Assembly: GCA_013373375.1 (NCBI GenBank)
Contig: JABXHY010000018.1
Location: forward strand, 43,113-107,112
Reading direction: 5' to 3'
DNA from: Gammaproteobacteria bacterium
Lineage (GTDB): Bacteria > Pseudomonadota > Gammaproteobacteria > Enterobacterales > Kangiellaceae
Length of the DNA stretch: 64,000 nucleotides
Positions 8,667 to 20,259 of the stretch are shown here, in pieces (position 1 is the stretch's first letter; every line of letters starts with the position of its first letter). Made by a program: the position numbers and the translations under genes. The notes beneath the pieces were generated by a model, which saw only the letters and a program-made list of their open reading frames with translations, did not search any database and was not told the origin of the DNA.

Positions 8667-9185
8667 ATGGCAATTATTTTGGGGATCGATCCGGGCTCAA
8701 GGATTACTGGCTTTGGCATTATTGAAGCTCAGGGAAGCAAGATTCGGTATGTCACCAGCGGTTGTATCAAAATTAAAGAAGCACCGTTATCTGAAAAGCT
8801 GTTGCAAATTTACGATAATCTGTCAGAAGTGATTCGAAAATACAATCCGACAGAGGCCGCTATTGAGCAGGTTTTCATGGCAAAGAACGCGGACTCCGCA
8901 TTAAAATTAGGGCAAGCCAGAGGCGTTGCTATGGTTGCCGCTGCCAATCATGCGTTGTCCGTTGCGGAATATTCGGCGCGACAAATTAAACAAGCTGTTG
9001 TGGGAACCGGCGGCGCGGATAAAGCACAAGTACAACATATGGTGACATCACTGCTATCGTTATCAGCGCAACCGCAAAGCGACGCAGCTGATGGCTTAGC
9101 TGTCGCGATTTGTCACTGCAATACAATGCAATCAATGGTAGCCCAAATGGGTGCCAATAAAAGAAGAAGAGGGCGAGTACGTTGA
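8667..9185 (+). CDS. ruvC: Holliday junction resolvase
   Basis: [34 protein letters not shown]. Confidence 0.97.
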   Translation: MAIILGIDPGSRITGFGIIEAQGSKIRYVTSGCIKIKEAPLSEKLLQIYDNLSEVIRKYNPTEAAIEQVFMAKNADSALKLGQARGVAMVAAANHALSVAEYSARQIKQAVVGTGGADKAQVQHMVTSLLSLSAQPQSDAADGLAVAICHCNTMQSMVAQMGANKRRRGRVR

Positions 9186-9790
9186 TTGGAAGACTAACAG
9201 GCATACTTTTAGAGAAAGCTCCTCCAGAACTGGTGATTGACGTCAACGGAGTCGGTTACGAGTTACAAGCTCCAATGACGACCATATTTAATTTGCCTGA
9301 GAACGGGCAAAGAGTAACCTTGTTCACGCATCTATCGGTGAGTGAGAATGCACATAATTTGTTTGGCTTTGGAGCCAAACAAGATCGACAATTGTTTCGG
9401 GAATTAATCAAAGTTAATGGGGTTGGACCTAAACTGGCCGTTGCTATCTTATCGGGTATGACAACCGATGAGTTTGTCCGATGTGTCCATGATGGTGAGG
9501 TGTCTCAGTTAGTTAAGTTACCGGGTGTTGGTAAAAAAACGGCAGAAAGACTAATCATCGAAATGAAAGATCGATTAAAAGATTGGGGCTTTACCGCAGG
9601 TTCGAAGTCTGAATCAAGCGCAGAATCATCGTCGAACTCGTCGTCTGACATACAGCGCGAAGCTGAGAGTGCATTAATTGCCTTAGGTTACAAACCACAA
9701 GATGCTGCTAAAGCCGTTAGTCGAGTTAAAGGTGAAGCGTCGACCAGCGCAGAATTAATTCGGTTAGCTTTAAAGAATATGGGAAAATAA
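9182..9790 (+). CDS. ruvA: Holliday junction branch migration protein A
   Basis: [50 protein letters not shown] start overlaps ruvC stop. Confidence 0.97.
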   Translation: MIGRLTGILLEKAPPELVIDVNGVGYELQAPMTTIFNLPENGQRVTLFTHLSVSENAHNLFGFGAKQDRQLFRELIKVNGVGPKLAVAILSGMTTDEFVRCVHDGEVSQLVKLPGVGKKTAERLIIEMKDRLKDWGFTAGSKSESSAESSSNSSSDIQREAESALIALGYKPQDAAKAVSRVKGEASTSAELIRLALKNMGK

Positions 9791-9855
9791 CCTGACGTCA
9801 GTTAATTGATGAATAGATCTGACAGGTTGATAAGAATATTAACGAGTAGTTTATT

Positions 9856-10878
9856 ATGATTCATGAAGATCGGATTATTGCAGGTGATTCTCAGACGCCA
9901 GAAGAAGAAAGGTTTGACCGGGCTATCCGGCCGACCAAGTTAGAAGACTACGTCGGCCAGCCGCAAGTAAAAGAGCAAATGGAGATTTTTTTACAGGCGG
10001 CGAAATCAAGAAACGATGCATTGGATCATGTGTTAATTTTCGGCCCTCCTGGGCTTGGAAAAACCACACTCGCGAATATTATTGCCAATGAAATGGGCGT
10101 TACGATTAAGTTTACATCTGGACCTGTGTTGGAAAAGGCCGGTGATCTGGCAGCTTTGCTGACCAACCTTGAAGAAAATGACGTTTTATTTATTGATGAA
10201 ATCCACCGTTTAAGCCCTGTTGTTGAAGAGATTTTGTACCCCGCCATGGAAGATTATCAAATTGATATCATGATTGGTGAGGGACCCGCAGCGCGTTCGA
10301 TCAAGCTCGATTTGCCGCCGTTCACGTTGGTGGGCGCAACAACTCGTGCAGGTCTTTTGACCTCTCCACTGAGGGATCGATTCGGTATTGTGCAACGTTT
10401 GGAGTTTTATAATATCGATGAATTGACCGATATAGTCGCGCGTTCAGCTGCAATATTGGGCTTGCAAGCCGATTCGGAAGGTGCGCGAGAAGTTGCTCGC
10501 CGGTCACGAGGAACACCGAGAATTGCTAATCGCCTATTGCGACGAGTGCGAGATTACGCGGAAGTTAAAGGTGATGGTTCAATCAGTAATGAAATCGCAG
10601 AAAAAGCGTTAAATATGCTTGAAGTGGATGAGCAGGGTTTCGACACCATGGATCGCAAACTACTTTTGGCGATTATCGACAAGTTCAGCGGAGGTCCTGT
10701 TGGGCTAGATACTCTTGCTGCAGCTATCGGCGAAGAGCGAGATACTATTGGGGACGTCATTGAACCATTCTTGATTCAGCAAGGTTACATCCAACGCACG
10801 CCGCGAGGTAGAACGGCCACTCAAAGGGCCTACCAGCACTTTGGTATTATCCCGCAAAAACCCGATCTGTTTGATTAA
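9856..10878 (+). CDS. ruvB: Holliday junction branch migration ATPase
   Basis: IRP, Walker [10 protein letters not shown], Walker [22 protein letters not shown]. Confidence 0.98.
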   Translation: MIHEDRIIAGDSQTPEEERFDRAIRPTKLEDYVGQPQVKEQMEIFLQAAKSRNDALDHVLIFGPPGLGKTTLANIIANEMGVTIKFTSGPVLEKAGDLAALLTNLEENDVLFIDEIHRLSPVVEEILYPAMEDYQIDIMIGEGPAARSIKLDLPPFTLVGATTRAGLLTSPLRDRFGIVQRLEFYNIDELTDIVARSAAILGLQADSEGAREVARRSRGTPRIANRLLRRVRDYAEVKGDGSISNEIAEKALNMLEVDEQGFDTMDRKLLLAIIDKFSGGPVGLDTLAAAIGEERDTIGDVIEPFLIQQGYIQRTPRGRTATQRAYQHFGIIPQKPDLFD

Positions 10879-11034
10879 TTAACTCAAAATAATATGCAAG
10901 AGCTGTTTTCTCGAGCTTGTTCACATTTTGACACCCTGTTTGTGTTTCACCTGTGCCAGCAAAAGCGATATAGTGTGCGCTGCGCAAAAAATATTGAAGA
11001 ATTATTTAAATAACACTACTAAACGGTTGAAACG

Positions 11035-11442
11035 ATGGAATTTTCTTTTCCTGTTCGTGTCTATTATGAAGATACTGACGTCGCTGGCGTTGTTTACTAT
11101 GCTAATTACTTAAAATTCATGGAGCGCGCTCGCACCGAGTGGTTACGTGAGTGGGGGTTAGATCAATCCGTATTGATTGAGCAGGACGTTGCTTTTGCGG
11201 TTCGTAAAGCAGAAGTCGATTATTATCGACCCGCTCGGTTCAATGACGCTTTAAACGTTGTATCGACCATTAAAGAAGTACGAGGTGTTCGCGTTTTATT
11301 TCATCAAAAAATTGTGTCAATGACCGATCCTGAACATGTTTACGCCGAAGGAAATATTCTCGTCGTGTGTGTAACCCTGAGTACTATGAAGCCCCGTTCA
11401 ATGCCAACAGAGTTATTAGAGGAAATGACCCGTGACGCATAA
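11035..11442 (+). CDS. ybgC: Tol-Pal-associated acyl-CoA thioesterase
   Basis: [31 protein letters not shown], immediately upstream of tolQ. Confidence 0.96.
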   Translation: MEFSFPVRVYYEDTDVAGVVYYANYLKFMERARTEWLREWGLDQSVLIEQDVAFAVRKAEVDYYRPARFNDALNVVSTIKEVRGVRVLFHQKIVSMTDPEHVYAEGNILVVCVTLSTMKPRSMPTELLEEMTRDA

Positions 11443-12121
11443 TCAACTTTCTATTACTGACCTGTTTTTGAACGCGAGTTTGATCGTTCAACTTATTATG
11501 TTGGTGCTCGTTGCCTTGTCATTTATTTCGTGGGGAATGATCATTGACCGATTTCGAACCTTGAAACTGTCCAGCACTTCGAGTCGAAAGTTTGAGGATA
11601 AGTTTTGGTCAGGCATCGACTTAAGTAAACTTTATAATGAGCTGAGCAGTCGACGTGTTCCTCCTTCTGGGATGGAGTTAGTGTTTATGTCGGGCTATCG
11701 AGAATTTGTCCGCTTACGAAATCAAAAAGGCACCGGTCCAGGTGCGGTTATGGAAGGCGCGCACAGAGCTATGCGTGTGGCTCATTCTCGAGAAATCGAT
11801 AAATTAGAAACTAACCTTTCATTTTTAGCGACAGTCGGATCAACGACGCCTTATATTGGCCTATTTGGAACTGTCTGGGGAATTATGAATTCTTTTATCG
11901 CCTTAGGTTCTGTAAAGCAGGCGACTTTAGCCATGGTTGCTCCCGGTATTGCAGAAGCTCTTATTGCAACCGCCATGGGATTATTTGCCGCAATTCCAGC
12001 GGTAATCGCTTACAACAAGTTTAATCATTCGGTACAAAAAATCGAAAATCAATACGATAATTTTGTCGAAGAGTTTTCTGGTATTTTGCATCGAAAAGCG
12101 CACAGTTCTGCGGGAGCTTAA
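11432..12121 (+). CDS. tolQ: Tol-Pal motor subunit TolQ
   Basis: [43 protein letters not shown]. Confidence 0.97.
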   Translation: MTHNQLSITDLFLNASLIVQLIMLVLVALSFISWGMIIDRFRTLKLSSTSSRKFEDKFWSGIDLSKLYNELSSRRVPPSGMELVFMSGYREFVRLRNQKGTGPGAVMEGAHRAMRVAHSREIDKLETNLSFLATVGSTTPYIGLFGTVWGIMNSFIALGSVKQATLAMVAPGIAEALIATAMGLFAAIPAVIAYNKFNHSVQKIENQYDNFVEEFSGILHRKAHSSAGA

Positions 12122-12124
12122 ATA

Positions 12125-12544
12125 ATGAAGCCAAACCGTAGGAAGCCAATGGCAGAAATCAATGTGGTGCCTTACATTGATGTCATGTTGGTGCTTCTGG
12201 TTATCTTTATGATTACTGCTCCGTTGATAACGGCAGGCGTTAACGTTGATTTGCCACAGGTTGACTCAGAACCTATGTCTGCTAACGAAGAGCCTCCTCT
12301 TATTGCGAGTATTGATGCCAGTGGCAATTATTATTTATCACTCGGCGATGCAAGAGATCAAGCGCTTGAAGCACAAGAGTTGGTTGCATTGGTTGTTAAG
12401 CATAAAGAGACCCACCCAAAAATGGCAATCCTTATTAATGGCGATAAAAATGTTGCCTACGATAAAGTTGTGCGACTCATGGTGTTGCTGCAGCAAGAAG
12501 CCGGTATTGAGAGTGTTGGCCTGATGACAGAACCACTCGAGTGA
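12125..12544 (+). CDS. tolR: Tol-Pal motor subunit TolR
   Basis: EINVVPYIDVMLVLLVIFMITAP, ExbD/TolR motif, operon position. Confidence 0.97.
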   Translation: MKPNRRKPMAEINVVPYIDVMLVLLVIFMITAPLITAGVNVDLPQVDSEPMSANEEPPLIASIDASGNYYLSLGDARDQALEAQELVALVVKHKETHPKMAILINGDKNVAYDKVVRLMVLLQQEAGIESVGLMTEPLE

Positions 12545-13318
12545 TTGGAGCTCGGTTTGAGTAAACGGTTAATTATTTCTCTTTTTTTCTCAGCTATTGC
12601 GCATTTGATTGTGTTAGGGTTTTTATTACTTAACTTTTCATTCAACCAAGTTGAACTGAGTAAAGAAAAAGTAGCGCCTAATATTAATGCTGTAGCGGTT
12701 GATGGTGAAGCAATTCGCAAACAAATACAGCAACAAAAACAACAAGTTCAAAATGCGAAAAGAGAAAAACAACAGCAAGAAAATCGAATCAAACGTAAAA
12801 ATGAAGAAGAGCGTCAAAAGAAATTAAAAGCAGAGCAAGATAGGAAGAAAAAGCTCGCGCTTGAAAAAGAAAAGAAACGAAAAGAAGAAGAAAAAAAGAA
12901 ACGAGAAAAAGAGCTTGCAGAGAAAAAGCGCAAAGAGCAAAAAGCGTTGGAAGAAAAACTCGAAAAGCAACGCAAGTTAGAGGAAGAATTACTTGCGGAA
13001 CAGTTTGCTGCTGAACAGCAAGCGATGGCAGCAAAACGGCAGGCTATTATGTCGGAAGTTGATATTTATCGCACACGAATTGAAAGTAAAATTCGACAGT
13101 ACTGGAACGAACCTGAGCGAGATGGTTATTGTATTTTTAATTTACGTTTAGGGCCTGGTGGAATTTTACTAGGCTTTAAACGTCTGGAAGATCAAGGGCG
13201 GTTTTGTGATTCGGCGGAAAGAGCAGTCTCCCGCGCCGCGCCGCTGCCAATGAGTAGTGATCCAGATGTGCTTGAAGAGTTACGCGACTTAAACGTTTTA
13301 CTAAAACCAAAAGAGTGA
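12545..13318 (+). CDS. tolA: Cell envelope integrity protein TolA
   Basis: N-terminal TM with SxxxH (SAIAH), long charged helix, TonB/TolA C-terminal domain. Lies between tolR and tolB. Confidence 0.9.
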   Translation: MELGLSKRLIISLFFSAIAHLIVLGFLLLNFSFNQVELSKEKVAPNINAVAVDGEAIRKQIQQQKQQVQNAKREKQQQENRIKRKNEEERQKKLKAEQDRKKKLALEKEKKRKEEEKKKREKELAEKKRKEQKALEEKLEKQRKLEEELLAEQFAAEQQAMAAKRQAIMSEVDIYRTRIESKIRQYWNEPERDGYCIFNLRLGPGGILLGFKRLEDQGRFCDSAERAVSRAAPLPMSSDPDVLEELRDLNVLLKPKE

Positions 13319-14679
13319 ACATGAAGTATTTGAAGTTAAGTTTTTTTGTTGTTTTAATTTTTGCGGTTGGCCGCATTGAAGCAACACAAAGCAATATTGA
13401 TATCGATATTGTTATTGAAGGCGGAATGAGTTTTGCTCGGCCAATTGCGGTAGTTCCTTTTAAATACTCGGGGACGTCGCCACAGCCACCGCATGATTTA
13501 TCGGCGATAATTGCAGCGGATTTAAGGCGGTCGGGTCGATTTAATCCAATGCCATTTAATGAAATGCCACAACAACCAAACCAACACACTGATGTTGATT
13601 TAGAGGTTTGGAAAAGCAAAGGTATTGAAGCTGTGGTGGTTGGAACCATCGAAGAAAAGGTTCCTGGCGAGTTTACGGTAAACTATCAGTTAATTGATGT
13701 TTTTAAACCGCAACAGTTTGTTGAGTCGGGTGATTTAGTAACCAGTTCTGAATATTTATTACTCAATAACACTGGTGTTGCAAAGTCAAAAAATTATCGA
13801 TTTTATTCTCACCAAGTCGCGGATAAAATTTATGAAGCGTTAACTGGAGAACCGGGAGCATTTGCAACGCGAATTGCTTATGTCACAGTTGATCGATCGT
13901 TGCAAAGACCTTATCAACTTTATATGGCAGACAGTGATGGTTATGATCCTCAAGCGCTTTATTCGAGTTCTGAAGCGATCATGTCACCAGTTTGGTCACC
14001 TGATGGTCGATCGGTTGCATATGTGTCATTTGAAAATGGTCGATCTGAAATTTATTTGCAGCAAATTTATACAGGTCAGCGATCGTTGATTGCGGCATTT
14101 CCTGGGATTAATAGTGCGCCAGCGTTTTCTCCCGATGGGCAAAAATTAGCACTAACTTTATCAAAAGATGGCAATGCAGAAATTTACGTTCTCGATCTAA
14201 TTACGCGTCAATATCGTAGACTGACACGTACTCGAAATTCGGTAATTGATACCGAACCAGAATTTTCTCCAGATGGTCAATGGATTTTGTTTACCAGTGA
14301 CCGTGGATTGCGTCCACAAATATATCGAGTGTCAGTAAATGGTGGGCGTGAGGAACGCATCACATTTGAGGGAGAATATAATGCTAGTGCGACCTATACA
14401 CCGGATGGAAAAAGCATTATCCTCGTAAATCGAACGAATGGTGTTTATCATATCGCAAAGCAAGATATTGAAACTGGGACTATGCAAGTCCTGACGAACA
14501 CCATGCTAGACGAGTCTCCCAGTTTAGCGCCGAATGGCAGCATGGTAATTTATGCTACTATTCATAATGGAAGACAGGTGCTCGCGGCTGTATCGACCGA
14601 TGGTCGATTCAAAGCTCGCTTACCTGCTAAACGGGGTGAGGTAAAAGCGCCGGCTTGGTCGCCCTTTTTAACACAATAG
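13315..14679 (+). CDS. tolB: Tol-Pal beta-propeller protein TolB
   Basis: [24 protein letters not shown]40 repeats ([25 protein letters not shown]), PAWSPF end. Confidence 0.97.
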   Translation: MNMKYLKLSFFVVLIFAVGRIEATQSNIDIDIVIEGGMSFARPIAVVPFKYSGTSPQPPHDLSAIIAADLRRSGRFNPMPFNEMPQQPNQHTDVDLEVWKSKGIEAVVVGTIEEKVPGEFTVNYQLIDVFKPQQFVESGDLVTSSEYLLLNNTGVAKSKNYRFYSHQVADKIYEALTGEPGAFATRIAYVTVDRSLQRPYQLYMADSDGYDPQALYSSSEAIMSPVWSPDGRSVAYVSFENGRSEIYLQQIYTGQRSLIAAFPGINSAPAFSPDGQKLALTLSKDGNAEIYVLDLITRQYRRLTRTRNSVIDTEPEFSPDGQWILFTSDRGLRPQIYRVSVNGGREERITFEGEYNASATYTPDGKSIILVNRTNGVYHIAKQDIETGTMQVLTNTMLDESPSLAPNGSMVIYATIHNGRQVLAAVSTDGRFKARLPAKRGEVKAPAWSPFLTQ

Positions 14680-14743
14680 GTTTATTGACTTACTTAAACG
14701 ATTAAAGATTTGTTTTTTAAAAATAACGATAGGAGCAACAACA

Positions 14744-15259
14744 ATGTCAATTAAAAGTTTGGGGAAAAGCATCCTGGTTACTTTACCCGCATTTTTCTTA
14801 TTCGCGTGTTCAAGTACTACTGAGAATACCGATACAGGAACAACAACTACTGAACCACCACAAGTTGAAGTACCTGACAACGTAGAGTCTGAAGAGGATC
14901 GAATGAAACGTCTGAACGCGGAAGCTCGTGAGGTTCGCACTGTATATTTCGAGTTCGACGATTCAACTGTTAAAACTCAATATCAAGATTTATTAAAAGC
15001 TCATGCTTGGTACTTAAGCCGTAACCCAGGCGTTCAAGTGGCTATCGAAGGGCATGCGGATGAGCGTGGTACGCCTGAGTACAACCTTGCGCTAGGTGAG
15101 CGTCGTGGTAATTCTGTACGCGACATTCTTATGAGCTACGGTGTATCTTCTTCGCAAATGCGAGTTGTAAGCTACGGCGAAGAAAAACCAGCGAATCCAT
15201 CGCACAATGAAAATGCATGGGAAGAAAACCGTCGTGCCGTTTTGGACTATGAAGGTTAA
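14744..15259 (+). CDS. pal: Peptidoglycan-associated lipoprotein Pal
   Basis: Lipobox LFAC, VYFEFD, IEGHADERGTPEYNLALGERRG, SYGEEKP, NRRAVL. Confidence 0.98.
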   Translation: MSIKSLGKSILVTLPAFFLFACSSTTENTDTGTTTTEPPQVEVPDNVESEEDRMKRLNAEAREVRTVYFEFDDSTVKTQYQDLLKAHAWYLSRNPGVQVAIEGHADERGTPEYNLALGERRGNSVRDILMSYGVSSSQMRVVSYGEEKPANPSHNENAWEENRRAVLDYEG

Positions 15260-16034
15260 TCTTTTTCACGCAACATCGAAGACAGCACTTTTTAAAGTGC
15301 TGTCTTTCTTTTTGGCGTCTGCATTGTCTATTGTCAATGCACATGCCGAATCGACAGAAGAACGACTGGCTCGCTTAGAGCAGGTCGCTGAAACTCGCGG
15401 CAAGCTTCAGGCCGACATGATGTTTCAACTCAACCAAATCCAGGAAGATATTCAACGTCTGAGTGGTTTAATTGAAGAGCATCAATATCAATTAAAACAA
15501 TTGCAAGAACGCCAACGTGATCTCTACAGTGATATTGAGCGACGTCTAACCAAGTTACAGCAATCTTCAGCAGGATCAGCAGCAACTGGTGCGACAATCC
15601 CGTCGACTTCCGGTTCAGCTTCTAACACTCAAGCACAACCCAGTACAAACATCGCATTAGCAGACGACGTTCATACTGCTTATCAGAAAATTTTTGCCAA
15701 AGTTAGAGAAAGGCAATACGACGAAGCTATTTCCGATTATCAGCTTTTTCTAAAGACATTTCCGAATAGCCAATACGAAGCCAATGTACATTACTGGCTG
15801 GGACAGATTTATTATATTAAAGGTGAGTTAGAGCAAGCACTTAATGCTTATCAGCAAGTGGTTAATCGGTTCCCAGATTCCTCTCGAGCAGCAGATGCCT
15901 TGTTCAAAACGGGTAAAGTTTTGTTGCAACAAAATAACGTTGCCGAAGCAAAGAAAGTCTTTAATCAAGTTGTAGAACAGTTCGACGGTACTTCTGCTCA
16001 ACTTGCCAAAGCTGAGTTAGATAAACTCAAATAA
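15249..16034 (+). CDS. cpoB: Tol-Pal periplasmic TPR protein CpoB/YbgF
   Basis: Signal peptide ending NAHA, trimerisation coil (LQERQRDLYSDIERRL), TPRs (ANVHYWLGQ, ADALFKTG). ATG 15249 chosen over 15207. Confidence 0.95.
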   Translation: MKVNLFHATSKTALFKVLSFFLASALSIVNAHAESTEERLARLEQVAETRGKLQADMMFQLNQIQEDIQRLSGLIEEHQYQLKQLQERQRDLYSDIERRLTKLQQSSAGSAATGATIPSTSGSASNTQAQPSTNIALADDVHTAYQKIFAKVRERQYDEAISDYQLFLKTFPNSQYEANVHYWLGQIYYIKGELEQALNAYQQVVNRFPDSSRAADALFKTGKVLLQQNNVAEAKKVFNQVVEQFDGTSAQLAKAELDKLK

Positions 16035-16070
16035 TCAGTTTTAATATACTTACAGCTTTGTTTATCTTGC

Positions 16071-16105
16071 TTTACCCTTTCCTGAAGAATGTTTAGAATA
16101 GCGCC
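16071..16105 (+). promoter_or_regulatory. Putative sigma70 promoter for queEC
   Basis: TTTACC (16071-76), 17 bp, TAGAAT (16094-99), followed by GC-rich AGCGCCCC discriminator. Confidence 0.5.
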
Positions 16106-16192
16106 CCATTTGTTCAAACATTGCTCAAACTATGTCTGTCAACCGACAGGCGCTAAGAACGAGTTTGTTTTTAATTTAGAGTTGTCATAGCT

Positions 16193-16837
16193 GTGCCTCG
16201 TTTACGTATTACCGAAATCTTCCACTCGCTACAAGGTGAGTCTCGCACAATTGGTTTGCCGACTGTATTTGTCAGGCTGACTGGGTGTCCATTGCGATGC
16301 CAATATTGTGATACGGCCTACGCGTTCACTGGTGGTGAATACTTCGAATTAGAGCAGGTCCTTGAAAAGGTGAAGGCGTTTAACACGCCTTACATAACGG
16401 TGACAGGTGGAGAGCCTTTGGCACAAAAAGGGCCATGCGAAAGTTTGTTAAAAGCTTTGTGTGATCTTGATTATAAAGTGTCTATTGAAACCAGTGGGGC
16501 AATGGATATATCAAGTGTCGATCCTCGAGTAAATGTTGTTCTCGACCTTAAAACCCCTGACTCGGGTGAGATGGATAAAAACTTGTGGTCTAACATTCCA
16601 CTACTCAAGCCAACCGACGAAGTTAAGTTTGTGATTTGTTCTCGTCGAGATTACGACTGGGCAAAGTTTAAGTTATCTGAGCTGACTTTAAATGATAAAT
16701 GTGATGTATTGTTGTCACCGAGTTTTGAACAGTTAGCGCCATCACAGCTAGCAGATTGGATTGTTGCGGATAACTTGCCGGTAAGATTTCAAGTTCAGCT
16801 GCATAAAATTTTATGGAATGATGAGCCGGGTCGATAA
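16193..16837 (+). CDS. queE: 7-carboxy-7-deazaguanine synthase (radical SAM)
   Basis: ITEIFHSLQGE, FVRLTGCPLRCQYCDT, VTGGEPL, QVQLHKILW. GTG start. Confidence 0.96.
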   Translation: MPRLRITEIFHSLQGESRTIGLPTVFVRLTGCPLRCQYCDTAYAFTGGEYFELEQVLEKVKAFNTPYITVTGGEPLAQKGPCESLLKALCDLDYKVSIETSGAMDISSVDPRVNVVLDLKTPDSGEMDKNLWSNIPLLKPTDEVKFVICSRRDYDWAKFKLSELTLNDKCDVLLSPSFEQLAPSQLADWIVADNLPVRFQVQLHKILWNDEPGR

Positions 16838-16902
16838 CTTATATTGGCTTAATTTAATGACGATAAACTTTTAAATTTCGACTTTTAGTGTAATTGGAAA
16901 GC

Positions 16903-17589
16903 ATGCCTATGACTAATCAAACACCTAAAGCTATCGTGCTGTTGTCGGGAGGATTAGACTCCACCACATGTCTGGCTATTGCGCAGAACGCCGGTTTTGA
17001 AATTTATGCGTTAAGTTTTAGTTATGGCCAACGTCACAGTGCTGAACTAGAAGCGGCTAAGCAGATCGCTGAAAATTCAGGTATCGCTCAACATAGAATT
17101 ATTCCTATCGATCTCGGCGGTTTTGGTGGTTCTGCATTAACTGATCATAATATTGATGTGCCGACCGATCCCGCTGATGGTATTCCTGTCACTTATGTAC
17201 CCGCGCGTAATACTGTTTTTTTGTCGATTGCTTTGGCGTGGGCAGAAACCTTAAATGCCGCTGCAATTTATGCCGGAGTTAATGCTGTTGATTATTCTGG
17301 ATATCCGGATTGTCGGCCCGAATATATAGACGCGTTTCAAAAAATGGCTAATTTAGCGACCAAAGCAGGGGTTGAAGGGAGTGGTCCTGTGATTGAAACT
17401 CCTTTGATTCACAAAACCAAAGTTGAGATTATTCAATGGGGTGAGGCTCTTGGCGTGAATTACGGTCAAACGGTATCTTGTTATCAGGCCGATCTTAGCG
17501 GACGAGCGTGCGGACAATGCGACAGTTGCCGGATACGTCGTGTTGCGTTTGAGCAAGCTAATGTAGCTGATCCAACTCGGTACATTTAA
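16903..17589 (+). CDS. queC: 7-cyano-7-deazaguanine synthase
   Basis: [32 protein letters not shown]...CGQCDSC. Start ATG 16903 or 16909. Confidence 0.97.
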   Translation: MPMTNQTPKAIVLLSGGLDSTTCLAIAQNAGFEIYALSFSYGQRHSAELEAAKQIAENSGIAQHRIIPIDLGGFGGSALTDHNIDVPTDPADGIPVTYVPARNTVFLSIALAWAETLNAAAIYAGVNAVDYSGYPDCRPEYIDAFQKMANLATKAGVEGSGPVIETPLIHKTKVEIIQWGEALGVNYGQTVSCYQADLSGRACGQCDSCRIRRVAFEQANVADPTRYI

Positions 17590-17670
17590 CCTGAAATACT
17601 ATTAAACCCATTGGATTGACTTTGCAGCAATAAAAAGCAGCTTTTGCCTGTTTTTTACTCTTGTGGCATG

Positions 17671-17685
17671 TATAATGTGCCGCCG
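17671..17685 (+). promoter_or_regulatory. Putative -10 element and GC-rich discriminator for ndk
   Basis: TATAAT at 17671-76 followed by GTGCCGCCG. No convincing -35. Confidence 0.45.
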
Positions 17686-17768
17686 AATTTTTGTGCTCCT
17701 GCCTTTGGTTTAAAGAGAGTGCAACAACGTTTTATAATTAACATAACTTATTGATTTTGGAGAAAATA

Positions 17769-18200
17769 ATGGCGATTGAACGTACTTTTTCTATCGTTAA
17801 GCCTGATGCAGTTGCGAAAAATGTTATCGGAGAGATTTACACTCGTTTTGAGCGTGCGGGCTTAAAAATCATCGCTTCAAAAATGATTCATATGAGCAAA
17901 GAGCAAGCGGAAGGTTTTTATGCTGAGCATAAAGAGCGTCCTTTCTTTGGTGCTCTTGTTGAATTTATGACTTCTGGTCCAGTTATGGTTCAGGTACTTG
18001 AAGGTGAAAATGCAATTGCAGCAAACCGTGAAATCATGGGTGCTACTAACCCACAAGAAGCGTTACGCGGAACTATTCGTGCAGATTACGCGGTTTCTGT
18101 AGATGAAAATGCTGCGCACGGATCAGATGCTCCTGAATCAGCGGCTCGAGAAATTGCCTACTTCTTCTCAGACGACGAAATCTGTCCTCGCACTCGATAA
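17769..18200 (+). CDS. ndk: Nucleoside diphosphate kinase
   Basis: [36 protein letters not shown] 17769 with SD GGAG. Confidence 0.98.
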   Translation: MAIERTFSIVKPDAVAKNVIGEIYTRFERAGLKIIASKMIHMSKEQAEGFYAEHKERPFFGALVEFMTSGPVMVQVLEGENAIAANREIMGATNPQEALRGTIRADYAVSVDENAAHGSDAPESAAREIAYFFSDDEICPRTR

Positions 18201-18216
18201 TCGGATGATCTATCCT

Positions 18217-18250
18217 TAGCCCACAAGATCATGGTATTTTGTGGGCTATT
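18217..18250 (+). terminator. Terminator-like hairpin between ndk and rlmN
   Basis: TAGCCCACAA (18217-26) / TTGTGGGCTA (18239-48), weak T tail. Confidence 0.5.
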
Positions 18251-18335
18251 GTATCTAAGTAATTGTTGTTTAAAAGTAAACTTTATTCATCGAAAGCTGT
18301 CTTAATGACTGTTTTCGGCAGAATATCGCAAAAAG

Positions 18336-19457
18336 GTGAATGTAATGAGTAAAGAAAAGACGAATTTACTCAACCTGAATCGCGATGGATTGACTCAATT
18401 TTTCACTGATATAGGTGAAAAACCCTTCCGTGCTACTCAGGTTATGAAATGGATCCACCATATGGGCGTGGATAACTTCGATGAAATGACTAACTTGAGC
18501 AAAGCTCTCCGAACCAAACTTGCGGAAATAGCCTATGTTCAAGGTCCTGATGCTGTCGCCGAGCAATTGTCGGACGATGGAACCATTAAGTGGGCACTGA
18601 GTTTAAATGGCGGTCAAGCGATAGAAGTTGTGTACATTCCAGAAAGAAACAGAGGAACACTATGTGTCTCTTCACAAGTGGGTTGTGCACTGGAGTGCTC
18701 TTTTTGTTCAACCGCTCAACAAGGATTTAATCGCAACCTTTCTGTAGCAGAAATTATTGGTCAAGTCTGGTTCGCTGTAAAACGACTTGGCAGTCAAAAG
18801 TTAACTGGTGAGCGTCGAGTCACCAATGTGGTTATGATGGGCATGGGTGAGCCACTTCTTAATTTTGAGAATGTCGTTAAATCTATGGATATCATGATGG
18901 ACGACTTAGGGTATGGATTATCAAAACGCCGAGTGACAATTAGTACATCTGGCGTGGTGCCTGCACTTGATCGTTTAGCTGAACGTATAGACGTTGCACT
19001 TGCACTTTCATTACATGCACCGAACAATGCTTTGCGTGATGAGTTGGTGCCGATTAATAAAAAGTATCCAATTGAAGTATTGATGCCTTCAGTCATGCGT
19101 TATTTGGAAAAGTCGAAAGCATCAGAAAAAGTAACGGTTGAATATGTGATGATCAAAGATGTTAATGATCAGCCTGAACACGCGTATGAATTAATCAAGT
19201 TACTCAAGAATGTTCCTAATAAAGTGAATTTAATTCCTTTTAATCCATTCCCAAATACAGATTATAAAACATCTTCAAATAAAGCCATTGATAGATTTAC
19301 GGATATATTGAGTAAAAATGGTTTTACAGTGATCACTAGAAGAACACGTGGTGACGATATAGACGCTGCCTGTGGGCAACTGGTGGGAAAAGTGAATGAC
19401 AAAACAAAACGAACGAGTCGCAAAGAGCAAATTCCGATACAACAACTAGCAGGTTAG
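18336..19457 (+). CDS. rlmN: Dual-specificity RNA methyltransferase RlmN
   Basis: [37 protein letters not shown]. Start GTG 18336 or ATG 18345. Confidence 0.98.
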   Translation: MNVMSKEKTNLLNLNRDGLTQFFTDIGEKPFRATQVMKWIHHMGVDNFDEMTNLSKALRTKLAEIAYVQGPDAVAEQLSDDGTIKWALSLNGGQAIEVVYIPERNRGTLCVSSQVGCALECSFCSTAQQGFNRNLSVAEIIGQVWFAVKRLGSQKLTGERRVTNVVMMGMGEPLLNFENVVKSMDIMMDDLGYGLSKRRVTISTSGVVPALDRLAERIDVALALSLHAPNNALRDELVPINKKYPIEVLMPSVMRYLEKSKASEKVTVEYVMIKDVNDQPEHAYELIKLLKNVPNKVNLIPFNPFPNTDYKTSSNKAIDRFTDILSKNGFTVITRRTRGDDIDAACGQLVGKVNDKTKRTSRKEQIPIQQLAG

Positions 19458-19470
19458 AATAGGGCGGATT

Positions 19471-20259
19471 ATGTCAAAGTACTTGAGTATTATAATAATA
19501 ATTATCGTGATGTCGGGTTGCACCACGCAAACCACAACTAAAGTAGAAAACTTTGAAGGAAGTACCACCGTTTCCAGCTTTAACGAAAGAAAAGCTGCAA
19601 AAAAGCGCGTTGAAGCGGCTCAAGTTTATTTGCAAAAAAGAAATTTGCAACGGGCTAAGTATCATCTAGATAAAGCTATTGAGCACGATGACGATTATCC
19701 TGATGTCTATCTAACACTTGGGTTTTATTATGAATTGGCGAATAACTTTCCAGAAGCTAAAAAGGCTTATGCAGAAGCATTAAGTCTCGACCGAAGAAAT
19801 CCTGAGTTTAAAAATACGTTTGCCAGATTTTTGTGTCGAACTGGTGAGTATGACCGAGCAGAAGAGCTATTCGAAGAAGCAATTAACACCACCACTTTTA
19901 CTCGAGTGGATCAAGCATACGTCAATGCAGGAGTTTGCCAAAGAGCACAAGGCAACAACCAAAAAGCACTGGAATATTTTCGTCGAGCAATAAATTTAAA
20001 TCCTAAATTGCCAGACGCGCTAATTGAAATAGCTAAGTATGAATTTGACCAAGAACGTTATCTTCGTGCAAAGCAATATATAGAGCGATATCGAGAAGTA
20101 TCCCGACATACACCTAACACCTTGTGGTTAGCACTTAGGGTTGAGTCAAAGTTAGGTAACAAAGATGGTGTCGCCAGTTACGCTTTGCAATTGCAGAACT
20201 TATATCCTGACTCCGCAGAAACAATGGAGTACTTAGATTCTAAAGAACAATGGCAATGA
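19471..20259 (+). CDS. pilW: Type IV pilus biogenesis/stability lipoprotein PilW/PilF (TPR)
   Basis: Lipobox MSGC, TPR repeats, conserved rlmN-pilW-rodZ order. Confidence 0.9.
   Translation: MSKYLSIIIIIIVMSGCTTQTTTKVENFEGSTTVSSFNERKAAKKRVEAAQVYLQKRNLQRAKYHLDKAIEHDDDYPDVYLTLGFYYELANNFPEAKKAYAEALSLDRRNPEFKNTFARFLCRTGEYDRAEELFEEAINTTTFTRVDQAYVNAGVCQRAQGNNQKALEYFRRAINLNPKLPDALIEIAKYEFDQERYLRAKQYIERYREVSRHTPNTLWLALRVESKLGNKDGVASYALQLQNLYPDSAETMEYLDSKEQWQ

Noticed and set aside
13176-13649. Long antisense or alternate-frame ORFs (also 21774-22202, 36789-37205, 38435-38872, 54516-54893, 55227-55577 and the many 60-110 aa ORFs)
   Set aside because: They lie opposite or within well-supported conserved genes, carry no motifs and are expected shadow ORFs.
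16035-16192. Canonical preQ1 riboswitch upstream of queE
   Set aside because: No preQ1-I stem-loop with A-rich 3' tail recognisable. Only generic hairpins, reported separately at low interest.
17590-17768. tRNA cluster often found after tol-pal/queC
   Set aside because: The 179-bp spacer has no cloverleaf, TΨC (GTTCGA/GTTCAA) arm or CCA end. It reads as the ndk promoter region.
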